Below the pieces are notes generated by a model, which saw nothing but the letters and a program-made list of their open reading frames with translations, searched no databases and was not told the DNA's origin. From the IMG/VR virus record IMGVR_UViG_2920951204_000001, positions 32,001 to 96,000 of that record: a stretch of DNA of 64,000 nucleotides; one strand, 5' to 3'. A program made the translations under genes and the position numbers. The DNA is from a virus (Duplodnaviria; Caudoviricetes). This document shows positions 1 through 11,708 of this stretch, in pieces. Positions within the stretch are counted from its first letter, which is position 1; each line of letters starts with the position of its first letter.

Positions 1-72
1 ATGCCATAAAATCAAAGAAAGGTAAGGATAATCCTAGGTAAAAGGTTATGTACATAACACTCAGGTATATGA

Positions 73-273
73 GTGAACCCAATTTACAACGAGTATCTTA
101 AATTCTTGCGAGATACAACCAAACAGCCATTTGAAGATCTGAAAGAAGGCTACTTTTGGCTTGATAAATCCATTATTAAAGGATTTGATAAGCAAGGAAA
201 TGAACATAAATTCTATCGAGTGAAGATTGAAAATTCGCTTGAAAGATTGGATTCTTGTGTTTTTAACCTTTAA
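73..273 (+). pseudogene. Probable N-terminal gene fragment in inverted orientation, cut at a palindromic junction site
   Basis: Protein-like 66 aa ORF opposite to its neighbours; runs into site TTGAAA-GATTGG-ATTCTT (239-256) and stops 17 nt later. Confidence 0.45.
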
Positions 274-501
274 TGTTTAAACAAAATGATTAATATCCAA
301 TTTTTTTACTTTGTAAATTGCTTTTAAACGAAATAAATATGATGGATTCCTGCTCAGAAAATCTTTCACTTCGTCTTCTGTATTAAAATCATATTTTACA
401 TTGTCCCAACTATCAGTATCAGCAGATTCTCCTAACCCATTATATTTATGTCCAATTACAATATAATTCCTATAATCATCCATGTTTTTACCTCCAATTT
501 A

Positions 502-978
502 TTATTCTTCACTTACAATCTCATAAATAATATCATCGTGATATTTACCATTCTTATCTTTAATCGAATCTTTTAAAACATGTTTCGTTCCATTATGTCT
601 CTCGATAAAGCTATCATATCCTCTACAAGCAGGATTGCCACCAACAGCTCTCCATTCAACTCTATGTAATGTTTTAATTAGTTCTTCTAATTTATCGAAT
701 ACATCCTTACCAACCAGAACATTCCCCCTGTCAAATGAGAACAACCCAAAGTTATACGCTTTAGACGCATACCAATCAACGGAATATCCTAAGTAGCCAA
801 TGAGTTTTTCACTTTTGTCAATTATTGCATATTGGAATTGACTCTCATTTGGACATTCTGCAATTTCAGGACTCCAATTGCACATGCAGCCAGTTTCATA
901 CATCATATCTGTTGTATAATAATATTTTTGAAATTCTTTCTTGATCTGTTCTTTATATAAAATTGCAGGTATTAACAC
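502..978 (-). CDS. GNAT (RimJ/RimL-like) acetyltransferase
   Basis: LIGY strand, NPA...Y motif and C-terminal GKYHDDIIYEI typical of Acetyltransf_3. Confidence 0.6.
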   Translation of the reverse strand: MLIPAILYKEQIKKEFQKYYYTTDMMYETGCMCNWSPEIAECPNESQFQYAIIDKSEKLIGYLGYSVDWYASKAYNFGLFSFDRGNVLVGKDVFDKLEELIKTLHRVEWRAVGGNPACRGYDSFIERHNGTKHVLKDSIKDKNGKYHDDIIYEIVSEE

Positions 979-1026
979 TTAATCACCTCTTTTCAATAAT
1001 CCAAGGATATGTTGCTTCTTGTGAAG

Positions 1027-3243
1027 TTACTTATAATTCATTCTTCTCTCAACTTCCTTATCATTTTCTTCATCATTAAAATATTTATAGGCAAGTGTCA
1101 TAGGATAATTTGAATCTTTTGCTCTATCCCACATCATAAATTCGCACCAGTTCGGCTCTTTATATTCTTCTTTATTATCATTACACCAACTTGGATTTTC
1201 AAATAATCCATCGAAAACGCTTTTCCAAGAATATTTCTTCCTCTGAATATTTCTATCTTTGATAACAGTTGACTTATCATATCCTTTGATTTCTACAAGA
1301 ATATCTTCACAGCCTACTCTTTTACAAAGTCGTACAAACCATTTCATAAATTCTCTGTAAGTCTGTTCAAATTCTCTGTCTCTTAAAGCTGCGTTTACAA
1401 CAAGGATATATTCGTCCTGTGTTTGTAACCATCCTCTACTACGACTCTTACATCCGTATCTATCTACTAAATTGTTTGTCACTTCGCCGAATTCATCGCA
1501 TGAACATGAACTGTTATAACCATTTTTCTGAATGATATATGTATTCATGTCACCTTCAGAACCTGTTACTCTTGGCAGATGATTTAGCACTGTTTCAAGA
1601 ATATATCTCTTCTCAGGCTGTGTTCTACCCATAGGACGAACTATTATTGTACCGTTGATATAAGTCCAATACGACATTTTTTCTTACCTCCTTGTTTTTA
1701 TATTCTCTCTTTGTAACCAAATGAAACCTGAAATTACTTGCTGTTGCAAAGTTCAACTTTATAGTCATCCTTTACATCAATAGTTACTTCTCTCTGAAAT
1801 TTTCCTTCCTTATTATAAAGGGATAAATAATACCTGTTGCCACGTTGCTCTAAAACAACATCCTCATTCTCGAATAGTTCAACTCGTTTCTGTTTCTGTA
1901 CTGATTTATTCTCTTGTTTATCTAAAAACATTTTTACAACATCTAAAGATACAGGATATATTTCTTCAAGAATACATGAAATGTCGTTATCTAATTTGTC
2001 ATTAATCGTATGTTTATCAACCGCTCTAATAACATCGTCTTCAAATAATAATCTATTTGCCACTTTAATATTCTCCTTTCCACTCATCCAACTCATAGAA
2101 GTCATCTATCTGGTAATCCAACTTTCTAACTTGTTTTCTCAGCTCATAATCTTCTTTCTTACTATCTGTTGTCTGGCACTTCTTCCATAATTCATCACGC
2201 TGCTTAGTTAATTCTTTATATTTATCAGACACATCAATCTCTTTTACAACTGAAATTCCAATCTTCTCTCCACAGTGAGGGCAGAACCGAATAGGATAAT
2301 TGTCAGTCTGTTCCCATTCATCTTCGTATGATGTAATAACTTCTGTATGAGAAGTACAGAAATGAGGAATAGGAATACCTTCATCTTTATATTCTCCACC
2401 AATGTCGTTTATATCTTCACCTGTAAATACAATAGCTTTATCATTCTGAATTTCATCACAACAATATGTAAATGGTTTGTACTTGTATGAATGAGTATCA
2501 TTAAATTTCAATTTGATTAATTCTATCTTCATTTCTTTATTCTCCTAACAAAATTCATTCCACCAATCAAAAATTTTATGGATATACTGATAACCATTAT
2601 GCAACTCACCTTTATATCTGCGTATTTTCCTATTAGATAACTGTTTCAAATATTTGCTTTTCTTACCACGATACAATCTTTGATAATATGGCTTTGGATT
2701 TTTAACATAACCAACACCCTTAATCCATATTTCATCCACATATCTAACAGGCGTTGGATAATAACCACCAACAGTTTCATATAAATATTTGAGATGATTT
2801 TGATGTTTTAAATATCTCTCACGTTTATTTATCCTCTTTTTCTTAGAATGATTCTTATAATTTTTTTCGTCTTGTTCATACCAATCACTGCAATGACCAA
2901 AAGAATAAACTTTGCCACCAACTTTATCGCACCAAATACAATTTTCAATATCTTCTTTATCAATATATGATTTATATTTTTCAAAGTCTTCACACCCATA
3001 AGGGCAATCTCTACATCTCATCAAATTACCTCTTGTATTTTATTCTCCTAATTCCCTACCGCACCAAGGACAATACAAAATATATATTTTCTGATGAACA
3101 AATCCATCATCATACTCATCCCATTCAGATGTTTCAATATCCAAATAATGTTCATTTGTTAATGGATCTACACATATTTGACTGTCAGGTGAGTCATGAT
3201 TACAACGGTTACACATACAGTTACCTCGCTTTATCACATTCAT
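1027..3243 (-). other. Cluster of five short phage hypothetical genes, several Cys-rich (CxxC)
   Basis: ORFs 1027-1677, 1734-2105, 2065-2532, 2545-3024, 3040-3243, tightly packed. Confidence 0.7.
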
Positions 3244-4111
3244 TGAAATCTAAAAGCATCTTATACTTATATTCCCCAAATTTTTCTTTCCAACGCTGCC
3301 TTGCTTTATCAGTATCCCAACCAAAAGGCATCATATGATAGTTGATAAGAAAACATATGTCACCAATATCTTCATAAAATATACCTGATAGATTCTCTAA
3401 AATTAAATAGGAACCGATTGCATGATGTTCATGGTAATGAGCTATGCCATTCTCATCAAATGTTTGACAATACATTTTTCCAAAATCGTGTAATAATGCA
3501 GCTATATTATATTTTGCTGGATAGCATTTACTACTAAATAACTCATATGTATGAAATGAGTGATTATATAAATTCATAGTATGATGAGGGTTTTTCTGAT
3601 CAAACCCTTCCATCATAGAAAACATTTCTCCAAGAGTTAAACGATTCTCTTTATGAAATACATTTATCTGAATCTCATCAAATTTTTCTTCGTAAAATGG
3701 GATCTGAAATCTTCTAATCTGTTTATTCAATACTTCATTAGGAACAGGATGCTCACGATTTTTATTATCAATCTTACACTGTTCAAATGGCTTTGGAATA
3801 ATTACACAAACCTTATGTACTTCAAGACCATTCACTTTCATCATAATTGCTCTACGAGATTTCATAGTCAGATTAGTTGCATCAGCAATCACATTCTTTT
3901 TATTCTCTAAATTCTTGCGAATTCTATCGTGAAAAATCTTAAACACTTCTTCGTTATGTTCTTGATCTTCGTAATTACCAGTTAATTCTTCACGAATTGC
4001 ATCTGATGATACAATTATTGTATTTGAATTCTCATTGGCAATCTGAGTGGCAATAGTTGATTTGCCACTACCACTCAAACCACACATAATCCATAGTGTA
4101 GGTTTATTCAT
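3221..4111 (-). CDS. Polynucleotide kinase (AAA_33 P-loop) fused to HD domain
   Basis: GLSGSGKST Walker A, SSDAIR, DATN motifs; C-terminal H...LLHDFGK HD motif. Confidence 0.85.
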   Translation of the reverse strand: MNKPTLWIMCGLSGSGKSTIATQIANENSNTIIVSSDAIREELTGNYEDQEHNEEVFKIFHDRIRKNLENKKNVIADATNLTMKSRRAIMMKVNGLEVHKVCVIIPKPFEQCKIDNKNREHPVPNEVLNKQIRRFQIPFYEEKFDEIQINVFHKENRLTLGEMFSMMEGFDQKNPHHTMNLYNHSFHTYELFSSKCYPAKYNIAALLHDFGKMYCQTFDENGIAHYHEHHAIGSYLILENLSGIFYEDIGDICFLINYHMMPFGWDTDKARQRWKEKFGEYKYKMLLDFNECDKAR

Positions 4112-4120
4112 AAATAACTC

Positions 4121-5284
4121 CTATCCGTTATGCTTTAATAAATACTCACGACTTACATTTTTAAAACTCTGCTGCCCATCAATACTGCGATATACAAATC
4201 CCTCTCTCTTAACCTTTGGATTTAATTCACTATATCCATCAGCTTCAAGTTTCATCTCTTCCATAGTCTTAGGTAGCTCATAAGCCGTATCAATAATTGG
4301 CACACTTGTTAATCCATGACTCTTACAGAAAGCAGCCATTTCTACAGTTCCAAGTCTTGTACCATCAATAATCAGATTGAATACAAATAACTTATTCTCC
4401 GTAAATTTATATGGATTGCCCTGAACCGAGCCAACGCCTTCACCTTGTAACACAACTCTGTTATAGTTATTTTCTGTTGCAAACTGTGTAAGAATTTTTT
4501 CAATGTCATATTTATCAGCCAATTCCCAATAAATATTTGACTCATGATAACAAGCCTGTTCTCTATCAGCTTGTCTTACATTTCTACTGCATACAATAAA
4601 ATCAAATTTGTTCTTGCCCTTCTTTAATCTATCAACTGCAAATGTACAGCTTGTGCCATCGCATTTCTCAGTCTTAATCCACTTTTCGGTACTCTGAAGA
4701 TAAAATGGTGCATTCTCAATTCTCGTCTCATCTGTTTTGACAATCCAATCTGGGAACTTCTTTGGATTATCTTTCTTGCGACCAAACAATAAAAACATAA
4801 TCTTACGACCAATGCTATATCTCATAATCCTTCTTACAATTGGGTTAGCGAATAACTTTGGTCTACGCTTTGCCATTGACTTATATTTAGCATTTGGATC
4901 AACCTTATTGGTCTTTCTTGCAGTATCCTCTTCAGAAGCATATGTAATCTTCAAAGCTTCTGTAACATCATCACCAATATTTCTATCATGTAATTCTGGG
5001 AAAAGTGATAATGGTAAGGCTAATCCCTGGCTAATTACCTTGAACTTGCCAAGTTTCATAGTCTTAACTTTGAATTTCTTATTTGCCAAAAATGCAAACC
5101 TCTCATCTGTTTCGGGACACTTGCTATCAATTTCAATATAAACAGCCATATCTCCTACATTAAACTCACCCTTCTTAGCGATACAAACCCATCCTAAAAC
5201 TCCAATGAGTTCAATATTATCAGCTCCTTCAATCGGTCTAATCCACTCAATCTTTTCTACATGTGCTAATGCTCTTTCTGCCAT
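4121..5284 (-). CDS. ATP-dependent RNA ligase (Rnl2/DRB0094-like)
   Basis: N-terminal IEGADNIE OB-like domain; motif I TEKCDGTS, LQGE, FVFN, REGFV, SFK. Confidence 0.85.
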   Translation of the reverse strand: MAERALAHVEKIEWIRPIEGADNIELIGVLGWVCIAKKGEFNVGDMAVYIEIDSKCPETDERFAFLANKKFKVKTMKLGKFKVISQGLALPLSLFPELHDRNIGDDVTEALKITYASEEDTARKTNKVDPNAKYKSMAKRRPKLFANPIVRRIMRYSIGRKIMFLLFGRKKDNPKKFPDWIVKTDETRIENAPFYLQSTEKWIKTEKCDGTSCTFAVDRLKKGKNKFDFIVCSRNVRQADREQACYHESNIYWELADKYDIEKILTQFATENNYNRVVLQGEGVGSVQGNPYKFTENKLFVFNLIIDGTRLGTVEMAAFCKSHGLTSVPIIDTAYELPKTMEEMKLEADGYSELNPKVKREGFVYRSIDGQQSFKNVSREYLLKHNG

Positions 5285-5386
5285 TTCAGTACCTCTCTTT
5301 CTATTTTCTATGTATTTATTCTCTCTTTATCGTTCAAAAATTCGAAGGAAATGCTTCTTTCTAAGATTGTTTATTACTGGCTTTTT

Positions 5387-7346
5387 TCAAAAAATTTCCA
5401 TATCATCAACATCTTTATCAGTAAGTTTTTTTAGTTTTTCATAACATTTTTCTGTCATCATAAGTGTATTATTCACTAGCAGTATTTTCGTGTTATCTGG
5501 TACAATTTTCATGCCGTATCTTTTCAACCACTTCTTATTAATACGTTTTTTCTTATGGTTTCTTCTTTGAACATCTTTAGTGATATACTCAGTTATGAGG
5601 ATTTTATAACCTAACCCTTCGATTGTTTGTATATTCATTTATTCTCCCATCTGATTTATAATACTTTTCTACATAACTTCCAAATGGTATTCTTCAACAT
5701 ATTTTCTTCTCTTCCAAAACTTCCACCAAGGAAATTTTACATATTTTATTTCTACAACTCGAAATATCTTATCATCATTTTTATCTCTATCTAACCTTAA
5801 AGCAGGTGAACCAAACATTGCTTCGGCTAATTCGTTAATAGAAATATGTTCTCCAAGTTTGTATTCCTGTTTGTGTGGTTGTAGAGGATAATAAGAAATC
5901 ACGTCATGCTGTTGTAATTCATATGATCTCATACTATTGTTCTCCATTCTTCACTACATCAAATTTAATTGGTAACATAGCTGTAAATCTACTCTTCATC
6001 CAAGGTTTTTCTTTTGTTGCAAATTCATCACCAAATTCTTCTGCTAATACAAAATCTCCGACAGTATAGATGATAGAATATCCGGTTAAATCTTTTGGAA
6101 TCTCCTTATTTACATTACAGGCTTTAAGATGAACCATTTTATCTATGCACTCACCCATTAAATCTTGAAAGAATACAAACGTTCCATCACAATTGCAACG
6201 CTGCATTGTAAAATATTCAAAATCTGCATTTGGATTACGCTTGATAATTACATTAAAATAAGGTTTGTCGCCTTTAAGATAAGGAATATCTACTAAAATT
6301 GTTCCATCTTTGGCGCAAGTAACAACCGTAAATAACTCTCGTATATCCTGTTCAATCATGGATTCATATTTATTATTCTCCATACCATTGCACTGACCTG
6401 ATGCAATTCGTTCTTTTACAAATTCTAATGATTTACCCATTGCTATTCTCCTGTTTCTACTCGATCTTCATTCAACAAACCAAATTTTCGTAAATAATAC
6501 TGTTTGGTTTTATCATCAACTCTACAATAAAAATTATGTCTTCCTGATTTCTGTAGAGATAATGTGTTTATATTAAGTTCTGCGTCCATAATAATCAGCA
6601 ATTCATTTAATGTAATATCATAACAATGAAATGTCTCGCCTATCAGAAGCTTATAGTATTTTTTCTCTAATTTTGTTATTTTTCTCACCTACTTTCATGA
6701 CCGCAAGAAACGTGGTTTTACTTAGTTTTATTTTTTAAAACATCATCAATTTGTTTCATTAGAAACTTCTTTGTAGTTGCGTGATAATCAGCGCATCCTG
6801 TTTGCATATCAACAGCTTCCCACCATACACAATGATCAGGTTCATGATAACCAAAATTACTAATTTTGTACCCTTTATACTCGTAGATACCTTTTGATAT
6901 TTTTGTTGCTCCCATGCTTAATCCTCCAAACAACTTTTAAATGAAACCAAAATTTCTTGTTAGTTTTTATCCAAGTAAACTATATTATCTACATTATAAT
7001 GAAATCCACCTATCTCTCCGTTAAAACTACCTTTGACATACCATACATAAGGACTGATACCTTCATTCATTTTATCTGCAAGTTCATCAGCTTTTCTTTG
7101 ATGTTCATCGGCTTCATTTTGCATAGATAATTTTTGAGAATCCCATATAAGATTTGGAATTGTATCTACACACTTTCTATACATTTCAGACTCTTTTATA
7201 TATTCTCTTATCACTTTTGTCATTTTGGGAATATTGTCTTTTAATATCGGCTCATTGCTAAGTTCATATGGATATAGGATTAAAACTCTCTTGTCCATAT
7301 ATTCTGTAGATATTAACTCCTGTACACAAAACTGTGGTTTTACCAA
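5387..7346 (-). other. Six short phage hypothetical genes
   Basis: ORFs 5387-5638, 5669-5947, 5934-6440, 6443-6688, 6718-6933, 6960-7346. Confidence 0.65.
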
Positions 7347-7365
7347 ATTGTCACCTCCCAGATAT

Positions 7366-8100
7366 TTATTCTCTTATTTCAAACAACTTTTCTACTGCTT
7401 TAACTCGTTTTGTATTGTCAATTGTTCTTTTGACTTCCTGTTGCCAAATACATTCCCATTCTGAAGGAGCTTCATGCTCACTGACTAAGACAATATTCCT
7501 TTCACTCATCTTCTCAGCCCAATTCCAAAATCTGTCATAATCAAAGTTCTTACTTGATCCATATTGTTTTGTATTTTTGTATGGAATATCACAGTAAAAC
7601 AAGCAGTCAATTCTATCAGAATATAACTCTTCATAATCTCCACATTGGAACTGAATATCCTGCAATCGTGGAATCTGTTCTAACAAATTCCTTTTAGCTT
7701 CATCGTAGTAATTTCTTTCAGTATCAGCTTTTGTATGAACAATACCTGCATATCCACCATCAAAGAAGCGTCCATTATAACTCGCAAGAAAGCCAACTGC
7801 TCCAATATACCAATCAGGATATGTATTTAATTTCTTGTTAAAGCACTCTCTTACATCTGAGTAATGTTCTTTTGTAATAAATTCTGGGAGATTTTGAATC
7901 TGATTTAGATTTTTGAACATTTCGATAAGATACTTATGATTATCAGATGCGATTTTTATGTCACACTGAACTTTGTCGATTACATTACAACCACCACAAA
8001 ATGGCTCTATATATGTTTTGATATTATAATCTCGCAATCTTTCTTGAATAATTGGTAAAATGTTATCAACTATACGAGATTTTGAACCCATATATTTCAT
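7366..8100 (-). CDS. Dam-like (D12) N6-adenine DNA methyltransferase
   Basis: YMGSK, EPFCGG SAM-binding motif, catalytic YCDIPY (DPPY variant). Confidence 0.85.
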   Translation of the reverse strand: MKYMGSKSRIVDNILPIIQERLRDYNIKTYIEPFCGGCNVIDKVQCDIKIASDNHKYLIEMFKNLNQIQNLPEFITKEHYSDVRECFNKKLNTYPDWYIGAVGFLASYNGRFFDGGYAGIVHTKADTERNYYDEAKRNLLEQIPRLQDIQFQCGDYEELYSDRIDCLFYCDIPYKNTKQYGSSKNFDYDRFWNWAEKMSERNIVLVSEHEAPSEWECIWQQEVKRTIDNTKRVKAVEKLFEIRE

Positions 8101-8153
8101 AAATTACTTGGAGTAAGGAATTCCTTCTTGTGTACACGAACCTCGTCTCCTTT
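8101..8153 (-). promoter_or_regulatory. Structured leader upstream of methyltransferase (motif copy A)
   Basis: Minus strand AAAGGAGACGAGGTTCGTGTACACAAGAAGGAATTCCTTACTCC; same layout as 11655-11708. Confidence 0.55.
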
Positions 8154-8168
8154 CATTATTATTGCTTA

Positions 8169-9176
8169 TCAAAAAATATTACCTAACAATTCCATTTTCT
8201 TTTCTTTTGAAAACTTCGTCATATTCAAAAAGTTAATCATTTTTTCTGGATTATCTAATGATTTTACATATTTTTTTTGATATTCTTCTGGCATTCGTAA
8301 TATATATTTAGTACCACCATACTTGTCTACTAGGGTTAAATATAAATTATTCAGTACCTTTTTATCTGTCACCAATTCAATATGGTTAATAAGAAAATCA
8401 GTAATTATTGGACGTTGTGGAGCTTTCAAATTACTTACAATTGTCTGTAAAACATCTGGACTCAGTTCCTGATAATGGCATATTTTTGAAAAGTATACTC
8501 CGTTACCATCTTTATTTATTTCTTCTGCTATTTTTACAGCATACTTCTGTGAATTCAATAAAGGATTTCTTAATACAAACTGCCAAGGAATTTCGTCATA
8601 ACATGAAAAATACTTTGTATCAAAAGGGTGTGCAGCCATAGAATAAGTCCAAAACCTCAAATTATTCTCATATGTTTCACCGTTACAATTATAATGTGCA
8701 TACATTGTGTCAAAAAATTTATCTAATAACCTTTCATCCCATTCGTGAGGAAGAACAATGCTTTCTAACTCATCGGGTATTTTAACACCTGCAAAACGCA
8801 ATAGTGAAATAACATCTTTTCGATTGTTATAGAAATTTACATAGATTGACCAAAATAAAGGTACATCATATGTATTCTCATCAAATGTCTTTACAAATAA
8901 CGATTCAATCAATTTGTAAACATTTTCTTCTGAAATCTGATTTGTAATAATCTGTGTTACTTTGTCATTTTCAACAACTACTTTATTTTTCTTCTGTAGT
9001 TCATCATTCTTTTCTAATAACTTTTTAATCTCTTTTCTCAACTCTCTATTTTCACTACTTAGTCGTTTAATCTCGTTTGATGTGTCAGACTGGGCGGATT
9101 CAATGAGATAATTCTTCAGCTCTTCAAATTTTTCATTAAATTCTGTATCGTTCTGCAAATCTCTCGCTCCTTTCAA
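8169..9176 (-). CDS. Hypothetical protein with N-terminal coiled coil
   Basis: 335 aa ORF. Confidence 0.6.
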   Translation of the reverse strand: MKGARDLQNDTEFNEKFEELKNYLIESAQSDTSNEIKRLSSENRELRKEIKKLLEKNDELQKKNKVVVENDKVTQIITNQISEENVYKLIESLFVKTFDENTYDVPLFWSIYVNFYNNRKDVISLLRFAGVKIPDELESIVLPHEWDERLLDKFFDTMYAHYNCNGETYENNLRFWTYSMAAHPFDTKYFSCYDEIPWQFVLRNPLLNSQKYAVKIAEEINKDGNGVYFSKICHYQELSPDVLQTIVSNLKAPQRPIITDFLINHIELVTDKKVLNNLYLTLVDKYGGTKYILRMPEEYQKKYVKSLDNPEKMINFLNMTKFSKEKKMELLGNIF

Positions 9177-9907
9177 TGTATTATTCTCTTAATTATTGTG
9201 ATTTTTGAGCGACTTGCTCTTAGATTTTCCTATGAAACTTCGGTTTACTTTTGTTTATGATTATCTTAAGTATTCTGTTGGAGACGAACCAATTACTAAC
9301 GATCCTAATCCCCATTGATTACAACATACACAATAACTCATAAATTCTTGTACCATATCATTGGTAATAATATAAAAATCATTCGTCTCTATCGCTTTGT
9401 CTAAAATCCAAAAACATACTTCATAAATTGATTTTGTAATATCCCCATATTTAAATTGTTTATCATATCTGAATGTGAGACTTATATTTTTATAAACAGA
9501 ACCAAAAGCTCCATCATCAACTCTAAACGGAATAGAATAAATCATCTTAATTTCAGATAAAGGTTGTTCTTTTATGTCTGAAATTTTATTCTGAACCATT
9601 TCTCTAATACCATTTTTAGGAATAATTACTTGTCCCCACGAAAATTCAACCTTATCTCGACCTTTATTGAACGGATAATTATCTTTTCTTTCAAATTCAT
9701 GATTAAAACTCAAAAATTTTAATATATCTTGAAACGAATAATATTTTAATTCTTTATCCATTTTATTTTCTCCTTTATTAATTCAAAATCTTACTCAACT
9801 TCTTCACAACTTCTTCGCACAATCTATACAAATAAGTTTTCTCAAATTCTATTTTAAAATTGCCAACAGCCTGTCTATATTGCTGACGTAATTTGTTGTC
9901 TATCATG

Positions 9908-10189
9908 TTATTCGCCGTCATATAATTTAACTGTTCCATCTGAATTATAGATAGGTGTAATTCCAAATCGATAATCTGATCTTTTTACAAAATACATAAC
10001 TTTAGTATTCTTATCATAGAGAACTTCAGTGCGTTCATCATCTTTATAATCACCTTTATAGATTGTTACTAAATCTATATATTTATTTCCAATATCACTA
10101 TTTTCAGGTTCGATGTCACCTTTAGTACATCCAGTCATTCCAAAACACAATGTTAATCCTAATACAACCGCTAAAATTTTCTTCTTCAT
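9908..10189 (-). CDS. Small phage lipoprotein (DUF6440-like)
   Basis: MKKK-hydrophobic signal with MTGC lipobox; YDxxTKVMY...GITP...DG motif. Confidence 0.6.
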   Translation of the reverse strand: MKKKILAVVLGLTLCFGMTGCTKGDIEPENSDIGNKYIDLVTIYKGDYKDDERTEVLYDKNTKVMYFVKRSDYRFGITPIYNSDGTVKLYDGE

Positions 10190-11150
10190 ATGATTTATTC
10201 ACCCAACTCTTTCAATGCATTAACAAGTTCTGCAAGTCTTGGATTTTCAGGATGCTCCTTTGCCATCTTTTCATATAAAGCAATATTATTCATCTTTTCA
10301 ATCTCAGACTTTAGCTCCTTCTCAATAGAAGCTTTCTGCTTTGCAATTTCTTTCTGACGATTTTCCTCATCAATTCTTGCATTGTATGCGTTCATATTAA
10401 CTACGCCAACAACCTGAGCTGTCACACCTTTACCATATTCTTCGACTGCCTTAATTTCTTTTAAAATTCCAAGAACTCTATTGTCTTTTCCTCTCGCATT
10501 TACAATCAGATATAATGGATGATTGGTATCATACTTAACAATTTCATTAATATCTTCATCATATAAAGCAAATCCATAATCCTTCTTGTTGTAATCATCT
10601 ACCAAATTTACAATCGCCACTTTATTAAATCCTGTCATTTTATTATCCTCACTTTCATCTCTAACAATATCTAATTCACTTCTCTTGAACCAATATAATC
10701 CATTGGAACTTGCTGCATTGTACATTCCATCAATCTGAACCGCTATTGATCCACTTGTAGTTTTAATAACTTGTCCATATAAACCAATAATATTTTCTTC
10801 TCTGTATTTTCTTTTATCAGTATATGTAACTTTTACTCGTTGATTTTGATATTCTTCATAATCGTATATCTTGCTCATCGCATCACCTCCTGCTAATATA
10901 TTCTCCAAAGGAAATCTATGATTCATTAGTTTTCTACATTTTTTAACACATGCCATAATTTATTAGTCGTGTCGTTTTCATCGTCATCGACCACCACAAA
11001 CCCTTTATTTTCAAGGGTTTCAACGACCTCTTTTGCGTCTTTTCCATAATATGCCTTAATTTCAGCTATTTTCTTTAATTTTGCCATTTTTACCTCTTTT
11101 CTAACCCAATGAAATTCCGCTTTCATGCGAACTTCATGTTATGTTATTCT

Positions 11151-11654
11151 CTACTCAACCTTCTTCTCAACCACAACAATTGTGTCATTGTGCCAACCGC
11201 CATGAGGAACAAGTAAAATCTCCTGAATCTCAAAGCCGTACTTTTTACCAATGCCACCGCTATTCCAACTGCAAGTGATTACAATACCATCTTTTTTAAC
11301 AATTCTTCCTATTTGTTCTTTCTGCTTTGACCAATAGGAAGCCTGTGTTGTCTGCATATTTACTGTCTGTCCAAGATTTTTGTAACATTCGCTTACCTGT
11401 CGTGGCGAGTATGGTGGATCGTACAACACGGTATCTACTGAGTTATCATCGAATATCTTTAAGAAATCCAGTGCGTCCATATGATAATCAGTATCATACT
11501 GTGTGTCTAAATCATTCGTTACTGTTGCCAGCTTATTACTATTTGCAAATGGATCAACAATCTTACCTATTGCATATTTCTCAATCAGTTCCTTGATTGG
11601 TTTAATTGAAAATGTGTTACTATTTGGCATCTGCCAGACTCTATTTATTATCAT
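11151..11654 (-). CDS. Small adenine-specific DNA methyltransferase
   Basis: VDPFA and LYDPPYS motifs. Confidence 0.75.
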   Translation of the reverse strand: MIINRVWQMPNSNTFSIKPIKELIEKYAIGKIVDPFANSNKLATVTNDLDTQYDTDYHMDALDFLKIFDDNSVDTVLYDPPYSPRQVSECYKNLGQTVNMQTTQASYWSKQKEQIGRIVKKDGIVITCSWNSGGIGKKYGFEIQEILLVPHGGWHNDTIVVVEKKVE

Positions 11655-11708
11655 TATGTATTAGGAGTAAACGCTGCGTTTTCGGTATACCAAACCTCTT
11701 ACTCCTTT
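11655..11708 (-). promoter_or_regulatory. Structured leader upstream of methyltransferase (motif copy B)
   Basis: Minus strand AAAGGAGTAAGAGGTTTGGTATACCGAAAACGCAGCGTTTACTCC. Confidence 0.55.
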
